From an uncultured Verrucomicrobiae bacterium (GTDB lineage Bacteria; Verrucomicrobiota; Verrucomicrobiia; Chthoniobacterales; UBA10450): a stretch of 64,000 nt of DNA. The stretch is taken from the NCBI GenBank assembly GCA_963726745.1, contig CAVSDR010000002.1:256001-320000 (forward strand). Direction: 5' to 3'. The first letter of the stretch is position 1; the number at the start of each line of letters is the position of its first letter. The notes under the pieces are model-generated. The model did no database searches. It saw nothing but the letters and a program-made list of their open reading frames with translations, and was not told the DNA's origin. A program made the position numbers and the translations under genes. Positions 51,511 through 63,201 of this stretch are shown in pieces.

Positions 51511-52599
51511 CTAGAATCCGATCGCGCGCAGGACAGCCGCTTCCTCGGCGGCTACGGGCGGCGCCGCGGCGCAACGGATCGCCTCCGGATCCTTCAGGCC
51601 GTGCCCGGTGACCGTGCAGACGATCCGGCTCCCCTCCCCGATTTGGCCTAACGAGTAAACCGGCGCGCGCGCCGGGTCGCAGCATTTCAAGAGTCCGGCA
51701 ATCGAAGCCGCGCTCGCCGGCTCCACGAAAATTCCCTCTGCGCTTGCCAGCCAGGCCTGCGCCTCCAGAATTTCCGCGTCGCTCACGATATCGATCGCGC
51801 CCTGCGAATCCCGCAGCGCCTCCTTCGCCTGCTCCCAGCTCGCGGGATGGCCAATGCGGATCGCGGTCGCGAGCGTCTCCGGTTTGTCGATCACGCGGTC
51901 GTGAAAAATCGGCGCCGAACCGGCCGCCTGGAAACCGAGCATCACCGGCCGCCTGGTCGCGCGGCCGAGCTCAGCAAACTCGCGATAGCCCGCCCAATAC
52001 GCCGTGATGTTGCCCGCGTTGCCCACCGGCAGCAGGTGAAACTCCGGCGCGTCGCCGAGCTCTTCCACAATCTCGAAAGCCGCGCTCTTTTGCCCGGCGA
52101 TCCGGTCGGGGTTGATGGAATTGACAATCGCAAATTCCGGCCGCTTCCCGAGTTCGCGCACGATGCGCAAAGCGTCGTCAAAGTTCCCCTCGATCGCCAC
52201 CACCTTCGCGCCGTAGGCGAAGGCCTGGACCATCTTCCCGCTGGCGATTTTGCCGGCCGGCAAAATCACCGCGCAACGAATCCCCGCGCGCGCGGCATAC
52301 GCCGCCGCGGAAGCGGAAGTGTTCCCGGTCGAGGCGCAAACGACCGCCTCGGTCCCCTGCTCGACCGCTCGCGAGACGGCCACGGTCATTCCGCGATCCT
52401 TGAACGAGCACGTCGGGTTGAGCCCTTCGTATTTCACGAAGACCTCGCAGCCGCGTCCGACTTTAGCCGACAACTTGGGGCACGGGATCAACGGCGTGTC
52501 CCCTTCGCCTAACGAGACGATCGGCGTCCGCTCCGTCACTGGGAGATGCGGGCGCCAGCGCGCGATCACTCCGCGGGCGGGTTCGGGGGTCGGCTGCAT
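51511..52599 (-). CDS. thrC: Threonine synthase
   Basis: EG.TPL, EGLNPT.SFKDRG, CASTGNTS, PVGNAGN, TGHGLKDP. Confidence 0.95.
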   Translation of the reverse strand: MQPTPEPARGVIARWRPHLPVTERTPIVSLGEGDTPLIPCPKLSAKVGRGCEVFVKYEGLNPTCSFKDRGMTVAVSRAVEQGTEAVVCASTGNTSASAAAYAARAGIRCAVILPAGKIASGKMVQAFAYGAKVVAIEGNFDDALRIVRELGKRPEFAIVNSINPDRIAGQKSAAFEIVEELGDAPEFHLLPVGNAGNITAYWAGYREFAELGRATRRPVMLGFQAAGSAPIFHDRVIDKPETLATAIRIGHPASWEQAKEALRDSQGAIDIVSDAEILEAQAWLASAEGIFVEPASAASIAGLLKCCDPARAPVYSLGQIGEGSRIVCTVTGHGLKDPEAIRCAAAPPVAAEEAAVLRAIGF

Positions 52600-52699
52600 G
52601 CGCGGGCATTATACAGAGAATGCCTGCGCTGCCAGTTGAGAGTTGCGCGGGCTGCGGCGAGAATCCCGCCTGCGGCCGACCACGCCCGCCTTTCATCTT

Positions 52700-55600
52700 A
52701 TGCCTACGCTCTCCAAGGAAGACAAACTGCGCCTCCTCACCATCCTGCTCGAAAGCCGCCACGGCGACCTGCGCGAACAAAATTTGAATCGCCAGGGCAA
52801 GGGGCATTTCCACGTTTCCGGGATGGGCCACGAAGGCCTGGCCGCGCTCGGCGTGGCCATGACCGAAGGCGATTACGTCTGTCCCTACTACCGCGATCGC
52901 GGTCTGGTCCTCGGTCGCGGAGTCGCCTCCGCGCAGCTTGCGCTCGATTATTTCGCGAAGCGCAAAGGCCAAAGCCACGGCCGCCAGATGCCGTCGCATT
53001 ACAGCTACGCCGACCGCGGGATCTGGAGCGTCCCCACGCCGACCGGCGCGCAATTGCTCCCTGCCTGTGGCATCGCCTGGGGCATTCAGTTGGATAAAAA
53101 ACCGAACGTGGTCGTGACCACCATCGGTGACGCGGCTACGCGCCAGGGCGATTTCTACGAGGCGGTCTGCTTCGCCAAGGAGCGCAAGCTCCCGGTGCTT
53201 TTCGTGGTCGAGGATAACAAATACGGCATCAGCAGCCCCACGCGCAAAATCACTCCGCGCGCGCTCGACGTCCTCCAGCCGACCGATTGGCAGGAAGTGG
53301 ACGGGAGCGACGTGCAGAAAATCTACGACGCCGGCGTGGCCGCCTTTGAGAAGATGCGCACCGGCGGCGGGCCGTCGTTTTTCTGGGTGCAGATGGAGCG
53401 GCTCTCCAGCCACACCAGCTCGGATGATCACAAGCTCTACCGCAGCGCCGAGGAAATCGCCGCGCTCGAGAAGGGCGACCCGCTGCGCGCCTGGAGCGAG
53501 CGCCTAATTGCCGAAGGCGTGATCTCGCAGGCTGATTACGAGGCGCTCGACAAGGAGATCAAGGAGCGCGTGCGCAAGGAATTCAACGAAGCCGAGCGCG
53601 CCGAGGATCCGCGGGCGGACGAGCTCGAGCTGCAGGTCACCGGCGAGCTTCCCGACCTCGACGAGGAGGTTTTGCCGCCCGGCAAATACCGCATCGGCGA
53701 CACGGTCAATCGCACCCTTCATCGCGGCCTCACGAGCAGCAAAGACCGGATCATTTTCGGCGAGGACGTGGAGGACCCGAAGGGCGGCGTCTTCCGTCTG
53801 ACCCAGAAGTTGTCGACTGAATTTCCCGCGCAGGTCTTCAACTCCCCGCTGGCCGAGTCGACCATCGTCGGCGTTGCCTGCGGCCTCGCTTCCTACGGCA
53901 AGCGCCCGGTCTTCGAGCTGCAGTTCATCGACTTTATCGGGCCGGCCTGGAACCAGGTGGTGACCAATCTCTCCAATCTCCGTTGGCGCTCCTTCGGCAC
54001 CTGGAAATGCCCGCTCGTGATCTACGCTCCCTACGGCGCCTACCTCCCCGGCGGAAGCCTATGGCACAGCCAGGCGAACGAGGCCGCGCTCGCGCATTTC
54101 CCGGGGATCAACGTCGCCATCCCGAGCACGCCCGAGGACGCCGCCGGCCTCCTTTGGACCGCGATGCATTGCGAAGATCCGACCTTTGTTCTCATCCCGA
54201 AGCATCTCCTTTGGGCGGAACACGAATCCACCGAGCCCGTCCGCAGCGTCCCGCTCGGGGTTGCGCGCAAGCGGCACGCCGGCTCCGAAGTCACCCTCGT
54301 CGCCTGGGGCAACACGGTCGAGAAATCGCTCGAGGCGCTCGAGCAGATCGGGCACGACGTGAGCATCGACTTGTTAGACCTGCGCTCGATCGTTCCGTGG
54401 GATCGCGCTGCCGTCGAGGAATCCGTCCGCCGCACCGGCCGCCTCGTGGTCGTGCAGGAAGACAGCGAAAATTGCAGCGTCGGCCAGATGATCATCTCGC
54501 ACATCGCGGCGCAGCCGGAGATCTGGAATGAACTCGTTAGTCCGCCGATTTTAGTCAGCAAGAAGAACGTTATGATCGGCTACAACCCGATCTATGAATA
54601 CGCCGCCCTGCCCGACGTGGAGCGCATCGTCGCCGCGATCCGCCGCGCCATGGCGACCAAGTCCGAGCGTGCCGCGTTGGCCGCCGCGCCGCTCGCATCC
54701 GATGCCGTCGCCGTCGAAGCGAAAACCGCCGCTGCTTCCCCGGCCCCGCGCAAAACAGCCGGCAACACCACCCACAAAATCGTCGTCCCGATCATGGGCG
54801 AAGGCATCCGCAACGCCAAGGTCGTGACCTTGCTGAAGCAGCCCGGCGATTCGATCGAGCTCGACGATCCGCTCTGCGAAGTCGAAACCGACAAGGCGGT
54901 TTACCCGATCGAGTCCTCCTTCGCCGGGACCATGGGCGAGTGGAACACCGAAGTCGGCGCGACCGTCGATATCGGCGAGGAAATAGGCAGCATTCTCGGG
55001 AGCGGCGACTCGTTAGCCGACCAGATGGAGGCCGCCGCCGAAGTCTCGAGCAACGGCCACGCCGAGGTCGCGCCGGTTAAGCGCACGCCTTCCCGCCAGC
55101 CCGCCGCGATCGAGCCCGCGCTTTCGCCCACGATTGTTCGACGCCTCGGCCGCGTGGTCCCGGCAAATTTGCAGATCGACGCCCGCTGGGATGCGATCAG
55201 CGCCGCGCGCCAGGCCGCGAAAAAAGCCGACGCCAAGAGCGCGGCCACGCCCTCGGTCATGCTCGCCTGGGCGGTCGTGCGCGCGATGGAGAAACATGCG
55301 CCCTTCCGCCGCGTGATGCTCGAGGACGACAGCATCGTCGAGCACGCGGAATTCGATCTCGGCATTGCGGTTTCGCTGGAAAACGATCGCCTCGCCACCG
55401 CGGTGATCTCGAAGGCGAACCAGCTCGACTGGCCCGACTTCGTTCAGCGCTACAACGAGACCGTAAACGAAACCCGTGGCGGCCGCGTCGATGCGGTCAA
55501 CGCCCCGCTCGTGATCAGCAGCCTTGGCGCCTTTGGCGTGCGCGCGGCCGCGCCGATCGTGGTCCCGCCCTCGGTCGGCACGCTCTTCGTCGGCTCGGCC

Positions 55601-55766
55601 CACCAGGAGCTTTCCGGCGACGGGAAAAAGGACGGCCGCACGGAAGTGATCACGCTCTCGCTCACCTTCGACCACCGGGTGGTCAACGGCGCCGGCGCGG
55701 CCAACTTCGTGCACGACGATCAAGCAGGAGATCGAGAAGTTCGAGCTCCCGACCGTCGCCGCCTAA
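52700..55766 (+). CDS. 2-oxoacid dehydrogenase single-chain fusion E1alpha-E1beta-lipoyl-E2 (terminal frameshift near 55715)
   Basis: PYYRD, GDAATRQGDFYE...EDN.YGIS, HTSSDD; GEDV..KGGVF, PLAE; lipoyl EVETDKA; E2 SLTFDHRVVNG; shifted frame ends IKQEIEKFELPTVAA*. Confidence 0.88.
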
Positions 55767-55786
55767 CGAGCAGCTTTCAGCTTTCC

Positions 55787-55945
55787 CTATTCGGCCTTGG
55801 GCGGAGCGTGCTCTTCGCTCTTGCTCAATTTGTCGCCTGCTTCCTGCGGAACCGAGGGCCGATTCGTCGGGCTGATGAATTCCTCCTGCGGCGCGTCGGT
55901 CGTGGCTGCGGTGACGTGTTTCTCGTCGTCTTTGTGGTCGCTCAT
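55787..55945 (-). CDS. 52-aa acidic hypothetical protein
   Basis: MSDHKDDEKH...EEHAPPKAE*; AAGGG before ATG; fills the intergenic gap. Confidence 0.5.
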   Translation of the reverse strand: MSDHKDDEKHVTAATTDAPQEEFISPTNRPSVPQEAGDKLSKSEEHAPPKAE

Positions 55946-55978
55946 GCCCTTGAATCGTTTCCCGCCGGCGCTCCGGGT

Positions 55979-56655
55979 CTAGACTTCGGAAGTCCAGCTC
56001 TTCGAGAGTCGCGCGCCGGGCACCTGCGGGAGGATGTTGTAGTGCGAGGTGTCGTTAAAGAGCGTCAGCCGCGCGCGCGACGGATCCTTGAAATCGACGA
56101 TCGTGAGCGAGGCCGGCTCGAGGTCGAGATTGTCGCGGTAACGCCGCGGATCGAAGCCCAACAAAGTGCTGACTAAAAGCCGGATGGTCGCCTTGTGCGA
56201 GACCACCGCGACCACTTCCCCCGGATGCGCACGCACGATCTCGAGCAACACCGGGAGCGCCCGGGCGGTGACCGCGAGCCCGCTTTCACCGCCGGCCGGG
56301 CGCGAAGGAAAAGGGGTCGCGCTCCCATTCCGCCGTCTCTTCCGGGAAACGTTCCTCCACCTCCTGCCGGGTGAGCTGCTCCCAGCGGCCATGAGAAATT
56401 TCTCGCAAGCCGTCGCGCAACTGCACTTCCAAACCATGCGGCTGGGCGACGATCTGCGCGGTCTCGACTGCACGACCAAGCCCCGAGGCATAGACCGCCG
56501 CGAGCCGCGTTCCCTTCAGGCGCTCCGCCAGCGCCCGCGCCTGGGTCGCGGCCGAGCTCGGCCAGCGCGACGTCGGTTGCGCCCGCGAAACGGTCCTCCG
56601 CGCTCAGCACCGTGGCGCCATGGCGGATGAGGAAGATGCGTGTAGCCGCACTCAT
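55979..56655 (-). CDS. Histidine phosphatase (phosphoglycerate mutase) family (several frameshifts)
   Basis: IFLIRHG.T, GGESG, VVSHKATIR, FNDTSH. Confidence 0.82.
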
Positions 56656-57823
56656 TGCTTGGTCGTTGGCAAACTCCGCGGCGGCGCGACCGGCGCGCGT
56701 CCCCGTGGCGAAACAGCCTTGAAGAAGATAACCGCCGGTCGGCGCTTCCCAATCAATCATCTCGCCGGCTACGAAAACGCCGGGGAGTTTTGCGAGCATG
56801 AGGTTGCTGTCTAATTCCGCCCAGCGCACTCCGCCGGCGGAGGAAATCGCTTCCGCGATCGGTCGAGGTTTCGTTAGGCGAAGCGGGAAATCCTTGATCC
56901 GCGCGAGCAGTTTCTCGCGGTCGGCCAACTCGTCGGCAAAATAAGTTTCCAGCAACGCTGTCGCTGCCGGACTCATCTTCAAGGCCACCGGCCAAGGCTC
57001 CGAGCGCGTTGTCAGTCGCTCACGCAGCGCTTCCGAGGACAGTTGCGGTTTCAGGTCAAGCCGCAGCTCCGGTTGCGCCATCGCGCGCAAGATGGGCGTG
57101 AGCCGGTAGACCGCGCCGCCTTCGATCCCGTAGCGCGTGATCAGGAGCTCGCCGGAAATCGAATCGTCGCCGGCTTTCACCAGCAGATTCTTTAATGGCA
57201 TCCCTTCGGCGCGCGCCCGCAACGCTTCCGGCCAATCGATTTCCCAGCCGCAATTCGTCGGCTCAAGCGGTGCGATCTCGATGCCTAATTTCTCCAGGAG
57301 CGCGGTCCACGCGCCATCCGAACCGGTCTCCGGCCAGGAAGCGCCGCCGAGCGCCAGCACCACGGCGCGGGCCACGACTTCCGCGCCATTGGCAAAGCGC
57401 ACCCGCCATTCCTCCCCCGCCCGCTCGAGGCCTGCGAGCTGCATCCCGGTGCGAAATTCCACCCCGCGTTCACGCAACCGCTGGGTCCACGCGCGCAAGC
57501 AGGCCGGCGGCTTTCTGCCCTTCCGGAAAAACGCGTCCGCTGGTGCCGACATACGTGGCCACGCCCAGCTCTGCCGCCCAGGCGCGCAATTCATCGGGAC
57601 CAAACTCCGCGAGGAGATCGCGCCAGCGCTCGGCTTCCGCGCCGTAACGGGCGGGGAAATTCTCCACCGGCTCGCTGTGGGTCATGTTCAAACCGCCACG
57701 CCCGGCGACGAGGATCTTTTTCCCGACCGCGCTCTCCTTCTCACAAAGGATCACCGTCGCGCCGCCGGCGCCGGCCACCTCGGCCGCGCGCAAACCGGCC
57801 GGTCCGCCGCCAACGATGACCAC
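56652..57823 (-). CDS. HI0933/BaiN-like flavoprotein oxidoreductase (frameshift near 57500)
   Basis: VGGGPAGL, KILVAGRGGLN, G.SGRVFP, ALGGASWP..GSDG, AISSAGGV, GEMIDWEAPTGGYLLQ. Confidence 0.87.
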
Positions 57824-57829
57824 CGGGCG

Positions 57830-57993
57830 GTCAGGTTCAAGCCGCCACGACCAGCAACGAGGAGCTTTTTCCCAACCGCGGATTGCCCTTCGCAGAGAAG
57901 AATATTCGCCCCCGCCGCCCGCGCCACCTCCGCCGCACGCAGCCCCGACGGGCCGCCGCCGACCACAATCAGAGAAGGACCATGCGCTGACAT
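57830..57993 (-). pseudogene. Diverged duplicate of the HI0933-like N-terminus (about 54 codons)
   Basis: MSAHGPSLIVVGGGPSGLRAAEVA...GKKLLVAGRGGLNLT, joined out of frame to the second copy. Confidence 0.7.
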
Positions 57994-58226
57994 GGCGAGC
58001 ACTCTAAACCAAAACGCATTGACCTCGGATGGATTTTCTCTACACCGGGCGCGTCGATTGGCTGCTTCACGGGCGGCATGGGAGGCAGTTCGTCGTCTCT
58101 ATGATCGCGCCCCCTCTGCTGCATCGGCTCTCCGCAAATTTTCGCGAACTCCGAGGGCGGATTTCCGTAGAACATGGTGCAGCAGCCGCGCGCTCGCCCC
58201 ACCTGCCACCGCCCCGGACCTTTCCG

Positions 58227-61200
58227 ATGACCAACCCCCGACTCAGACCATCCCCTCCACCATGCACCCCAAAACTTCTCCCGCGTTCGTGCTTCCGCGC
58301 ACGATGGTTGGCACGCTCGGGGGTTCCGGCACCGTGGGTGCCAGCGGGCTGTTGCTCTGGACCGGCGGCACGATGAGCGGGAGCGGAGTGACCAACGCGA
58401 ACGGCGGCATGACGATCAACAGCAGCGGAGCCAATTTGTTTCTGGACAGCCGCACGCTCAATAATGCCGCCGGGCAAACCGCCACCTGGACGGGGGACGC
58501 CAATTTCGGCGGCGACATCCGCTTTCAAAACGGCGCGACTTCAACAACAACGGCACTTTCCTGGCCCAGAGCGACCAATACCTCTACGACTTTTCGGGCA
58601 CCGGAGCGTTCAACAACGCCGGCACCTTTACCCGCAACAACAACCCGGGCACGCTCACCCTCTACAACCTCGCTTTCAACAACACCGGCACAGTGAATGT
58701 CCAGACTGGCACGCTCGCTTTGCAGGGCGGCGACGGCGGCAACACCACCGGCGCTTTCAACATCAGCTCAGGAGCTGTCCTCAACTTCGCCAGCGACTTT
58801 ACCCTCGCCGCGGCCTCCGCCGTCAGCGGCGCCGGTGGGATAAACTTTTCCAATGGCACGACCAATATTGCAGGCACCTACAACGTAACCGGCACGAGTA
58901 GCTTCTCAGGCGCGACGGTCAACTTTAACAGCGCCATCAGCAGCCTCGGGACTGGTCCGCTCAATATCAGCAGCGGAGCGGTTAACTTTAATTCCAACAA
59001 CATCACCGTCGCGGCCATCAACCTCTCCGGCGGAACGCTCGGCGGGACTGTGGCGAGTGTGACCGCCAGCGGCCTCTTGAGCTGGACCGGCGGCACGATG
59101 AGCGGGAGCGGAGTGACCAACGCGAACGGCGGCATGACGATCAACAGCAGCGGAGCGAATTTGTTTCTGGACAGCCGCACGCTCAACAATGCGGCGGACA
59201 AACCGCGACCTGGACGGGGGACGCCAATTTCGGCGGCGACATCCGCTTTCAAAACGGCGCGATCTTCAACAACAACGGCACTTTCCTGGCCCAGAGCGAC
59301 CAATACCTCTACGACTTTTCGGGCACCGGAGCGTTCAACAACGCCGGCACCTTTACCCGCAACAACAACCCGGGCACGCTCACCCTCTACAACCTCGCTT
59401 TCAACAACACCGGCACAGTGAATGTCCAGACCGGCACCCTCGATCTGCAGTCTGCGAATGTAACTCAATATGCCGGGTACGCGCTCACAGCCGGCGTTTG
59501 GTCCATTAGCGCGGGCGCGCAGCTTAAACTCCCTGCGACCGGCAGTGGCGTGGTCACGAATCAAGCGGACGTGACCCTGAGTGGGAGCGGGAGCGCGCTC
59601 ATGGCGGGGTCACCCAGCGCCACGCTGGAGGGCACGATTGCGAGCAGCAGCGGCGCGCTCCGTATCCTCGCCAATCGCAGTTTCACCGCCGCCAATGATT
59701 TCAGTACAAGCGGCGTGGTCAGCTCGGCGGCGGCACCCTTGACGCGACCAGTCTGGCGGTGGCCGCCTCCGGTGAACTCTTCGGATTTGGGACGGTCGCA
59801 ATCCGGCCGACCAACTCTGGTCTGATCCGTTCCGCTGGCGGGACGCTGGCGTTTTCCAATGGCATCCTGGGAGGAAGTGGCACGGTGCAAATCGACGCGG
59901 CAAGCACGGTGAACTTGAGCAGCGGCGCGGCCGCTGGAAGTAACGCGGACTTTCTCGTGCACAACGGAACGACGGCGGGCAGCTTAAACTTGGGTAGTAA
60001 GACTTTTACTGCCGCGGTCGACTATACCAATGCGGGCTTCGGCACCGGCAACACTTTCGATCCGCGCGCCAGAGTCACTGGGACCGGGGGAATTTTAGCC
60101 TCGGGCGGCACCGGCCAGACGGTCTCGGGAACCGGGATCACTGGTGGCACCTCGGCGACTCCGGCGCTCGCTTTCGGCAAGGTGCATGTGGGCAGCACGA
60201 ATACCCTCAACTATCAGATCAACAATACCGGTGCCAGCGGATCGAAGTTGCGCGGCGCCATCCAGACAACCGTCAATGGGGGCAATATCACCGATGCCCG
60301 TTTGAGTGGCGCGGGGGTGACTCCGGCGAATTTCGGCCCGGTCTCGCCGGCCGCGAACACCGGAAATCTGGCCGGTCGTCTTCACCCCAGGAAGTGCTGG
60401 CGCGCTGACTTCGCAGACGGTTCGCCTCATGAATAATTTCGACAACGTAACCAATCAAACCCTCTCCATGACTGGTTCGGCCTATCGCTATGGCGACGGC
60501 TAGCGCACACGCCCCGGAGCCGATGCCATTTCGGCAAATTTTCATGTCGGCGACACCGTGCCCCTGCAAGGCCTTGACCATGAGCGAACACGGCGGCGAA
60601 CGACGGATTTTTCGGAAGCGCTTGAATGCCAGCATTGGCAGCCCGACTGGCGGCAGTGACGACCAACGGCGGCTCGTTCACGCTCCTCGGGTCCTGGCGC
60701 TTCCAACAACGGCACCCTCGCGGTCGGCTTGAGCACCGCCTCTGCCGGTTCGAAGAACGGCACGGCCACGATCAGCCTAACGAGTGATGGCACCGGGAGC
60801 AGCGGTCTGGGCACGACAGCGCTGGCCGCACAGACGGTCAATGTCACCGGGAGTGTCTATCGCCTCGCGCAGGCTTCGCTCCCGGGCGGGACGACGATCG
60901 ACTTCGGCACCGTCCATCTGGGCGAAAGTCAGCAGCGCACCGCCTCAGTCAGCAATGCGGCGGCGGCCGATGGCTTCTCGGAAACGCTCGACGGCAACTT
61001 CTCCGGGTCCACCGGCAGCGTGTCCACCGCGGGTTCATTCGTCGGGCTCGCCGCCGGGAGTTCCAGCAATGCGCCGGTGGTCACGCTGGACACCGCCACG
61101 ACCGGCGCCAAGACGGGAACGGCCACGCTTGCCTTCACTTCCAACGGCGCCGGGACCAGCGGCCTCGCCAGCACCACTTTGGCTTCGCAAACGCTGAACC

Positions 61201-61817
61201 TTTCCGGCCAGGTGAATAATTTCGCCGCCCCCCAGTTCCTCTTCGATTCCGGCGCGGCCACCTTGAGCGGCAGCGGGACGGCTTACACCCTGGAGTTTGG
61301 CCGCCGCACCATCGGCGAGACGCTGCCCTCGGCTGTGGTGAAAGTCCGCAACAACGCCGCGGCGCCTTCCGACACGCTGGCGGGGTCGTTCACTCTGACC
61401 GCACCGCATTTTAATCTCGCGGGCTTCAGCAGCTTTGCCGGGATCGCCGCCGGCCAGGATTTGGCCAACCTGAGCACGACCCTGCAGACGGCGGCGCTGG
61501 GTGATTTCTCCGAGACGATCACCCTTAATCCGCGGAGCCAAAATGGCAGCGGCTACGACGGCGCGCTCCCGAGCGTCATCCTGACCTTGCACGGAGTGGT
61601 CGCGCTGCCGCCAGCGCTGAAGATCAAATTGAGCGGGAGCAACGTCATCCTCTCCTGGCCTCTGGCGGAGCAGAGCTGGACGCTCAAGCGCACGACCGAT
61701 GTGCGTGGCACCGCTTGGAGCACGGTCGCGCAATCGATCATCGATACCGCCCAGGAACACACCGTGACCTTAGCGCGCGCAACGGAGCCGGGGCTTTTCT
61801 TCCGGCTGGAAAAATAG
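58227..61817 (+). CDS. Large Gly/Thr/Asn-rich surface protein (beta-helix-like repeats + Ig-like repeats), multiply frameshifted and probably internally deleted
   Basis: Successive frames give WTGGTMSGSG, FNN.GT.NVQ.GTL, FG.VH.G, ADGFSE.L, SG.V repeats; ends PGLFFRLEK*. Confidence 0.72.
58357..59431 (+). repeat. About 350-bp near-identical direct repeat (58357-58706 and 59082-59431)
   Basis: Both copies run from CTGGACCGGCGGCACGATGAGCGGGAGC to GTGAATGTCCAGAC with only a few differences. Confidence 0.9.
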
Positions 61818-62026
61818 CTAAGCGGCGTTTTGATGCCGCAGGCGCGGAAGGCGCACCAGCCGCGGAGCGCCTCGAAGAGGGTGAAAACTCCCGACAAGAT
61901 CAAGACCACGCTCAGCCAGCGGACATCATTCCAGAGAAACCACGCGCCGAGAAAAAACGTCACCGCGAGGGTTGCGCGCATGGCGCGGCCGGCGCCGTTG
62001 ATGTTGGGAGCGAGGGAGCTTTTCAT
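61818..62026 (-). CDS. DUF2892/YgaP-like small membrane protein (stop probably displaced by an indel)
   Basis: PNI..GR..R, two TM helices, FEA.RGWC..RACGIKT. Confidence 0.7.
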
Positions 62027-62082
62027 CGCGAGGGATACGACCGCGAAGATGAAATCGATGCCGCCTTGAGGCAAGCTCCGGT

Positions 62083-63141
62083 GTGCCTGCCGCCGCGCCA
62101 CCTCGCGCCATCATCCATCTCGACATGGACTGCTTTTACGCGGCCATCGAGGTGCGCGACCGGCCGGAGCTGCGCGGGAAACCGGTGGGCGTGGGCGGGC
62201 GCGGCCAGCGCGGCGTCCTTACGACCTGCAACTACGAGGCGCGGAAGTTTGGGGTGCATTCAGCCATGCCGACGTTCATGGCGCTGCAACGCTGCCCGAA
62301 GTTGATCATGGTCCCGACCCGCTTCGACATCTACAAGCGCGACTCGCAGATCATCCGCGAGATCCTCCATCGCTTCTCGCCGCTGGTCGAGCCGCTCTCG
62401 CTCGACGAGGCCTACCTCGACGTGAGCGCGCATCCCGGCGCGCCGGGACCGCTCGCGGAGGTGATCCGCGCGCTCATTTTCCGGAAGACCAAACTGACCG
62501 CGTCCGCCGGGATCGGGCCGAACAAGTTGATCGCAAAAATAGCCAGCGACTTGAACAAGCCGAACGGCCAATTCGAGGTCCGCGCGGAGGACGTGCCCGA
62601 GTTTATCCGCGAGCTGCCGGTGCGGAAACTCTGGGGCATCGGCGCGGTCACGGAACAAAAGCTCGAGCGCCTCGGCGTGACCACCTGCGCGGAGCTGCAG
62701 CGCTTTTCGCGCGCGCAATTAATCGACCACTTCGGAAAGTTCGGCCTCGAACTTTACGACCAGTGTCGCGGGCTCGACGACCGCGCAGTGCACCCGGATC
62801 GCGAGCGGAAATCGCTCAGCAACGAGGAGACGTTTTCGGTCAACCTGCATTCGTTAGGCGACTGCGAGGAGAAATTGCCGGAGCTCTACGAGGAACTGGC
62901 GGCGGAGTTGCAGCGGAAGGCGGCCGACCGGGTAATCACGAAGATTTTTGTGAAGCTCAAGTTCACCGACTTCAAGCGGACCACGGTGGAACGCGCCGGG
63001 CGGAATCCGAGCTACGAGGAGTTCCGCTCGCTCCTCGCCGAAGGCTGGGCGCGCACCGGGAAAAGCGTGCGCCTGCTCGGGCTCGGCGTGCGCTTTGCCG
63101 CCACGGAAGAGGCGGAAGCGGAGCAGCTGGCGCTGCTCTAG
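62083..63141 (+). CDS. dinB: DNA polymerase IV
   Basis: IIHLDMDCFYA, CNYEARKFG, SLDEAYLD, KIASD.NKP, VRLLG. Confidence 0.95.
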   Translation: MPAAAPPRAIIHLDMDCFYAAIEVRDRPELRGKPVGVGGRGQRGVLTTCNYEARKFGVHSAMPTFMALQRCPKLIMVPTRFDIYKRDSQIIREILHRFSPLVEPLSLDEAYLDVSAHPGAPGPLAEVIRALIFRKTKLTASAGIGPNKLIAKIASDLNKPNGQFEVRAEDVPEFIRELPVRKLWGIGAVTEQKLERLGVTTCAELQRFSRAQLIDHFGKFGLELYDQCRGLDDRAVHPDRERKSLSNEETFSVNLHSLGDCEEKLPELYEELAAELQRKAADRVITKIFVKLKFTDFKRTTVERAGRNPSYEEFRSLLAEGWARTGKSVRLLGLGVRFAATEEAEAEQLALL

Positions 63142-63201
63142 GCGCAGGCGCGATTGCTTGCGCCCGCGGGGTTCCCGGCCAGCGTATCGCTTCCTCTATC
63201 C

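Noticed and set aside
55767..56176. C-terminal extension of the 1177-aa ORF 52643..56176
   Set aside because: Read-through caused by an indel near 55715; the shifted frame gives a natural end at 55766, and the extension overlaps minus-strand genes
56173..57603. In-frame fusion of the HI0933 flavoprotein to the histidine phosphatase
   Set aside because: An alternative frame ends in TGA overlapping the phosphatase ATG (ATGA), typical of coupled separate genes, in an indel-rich region; not excluded without reads
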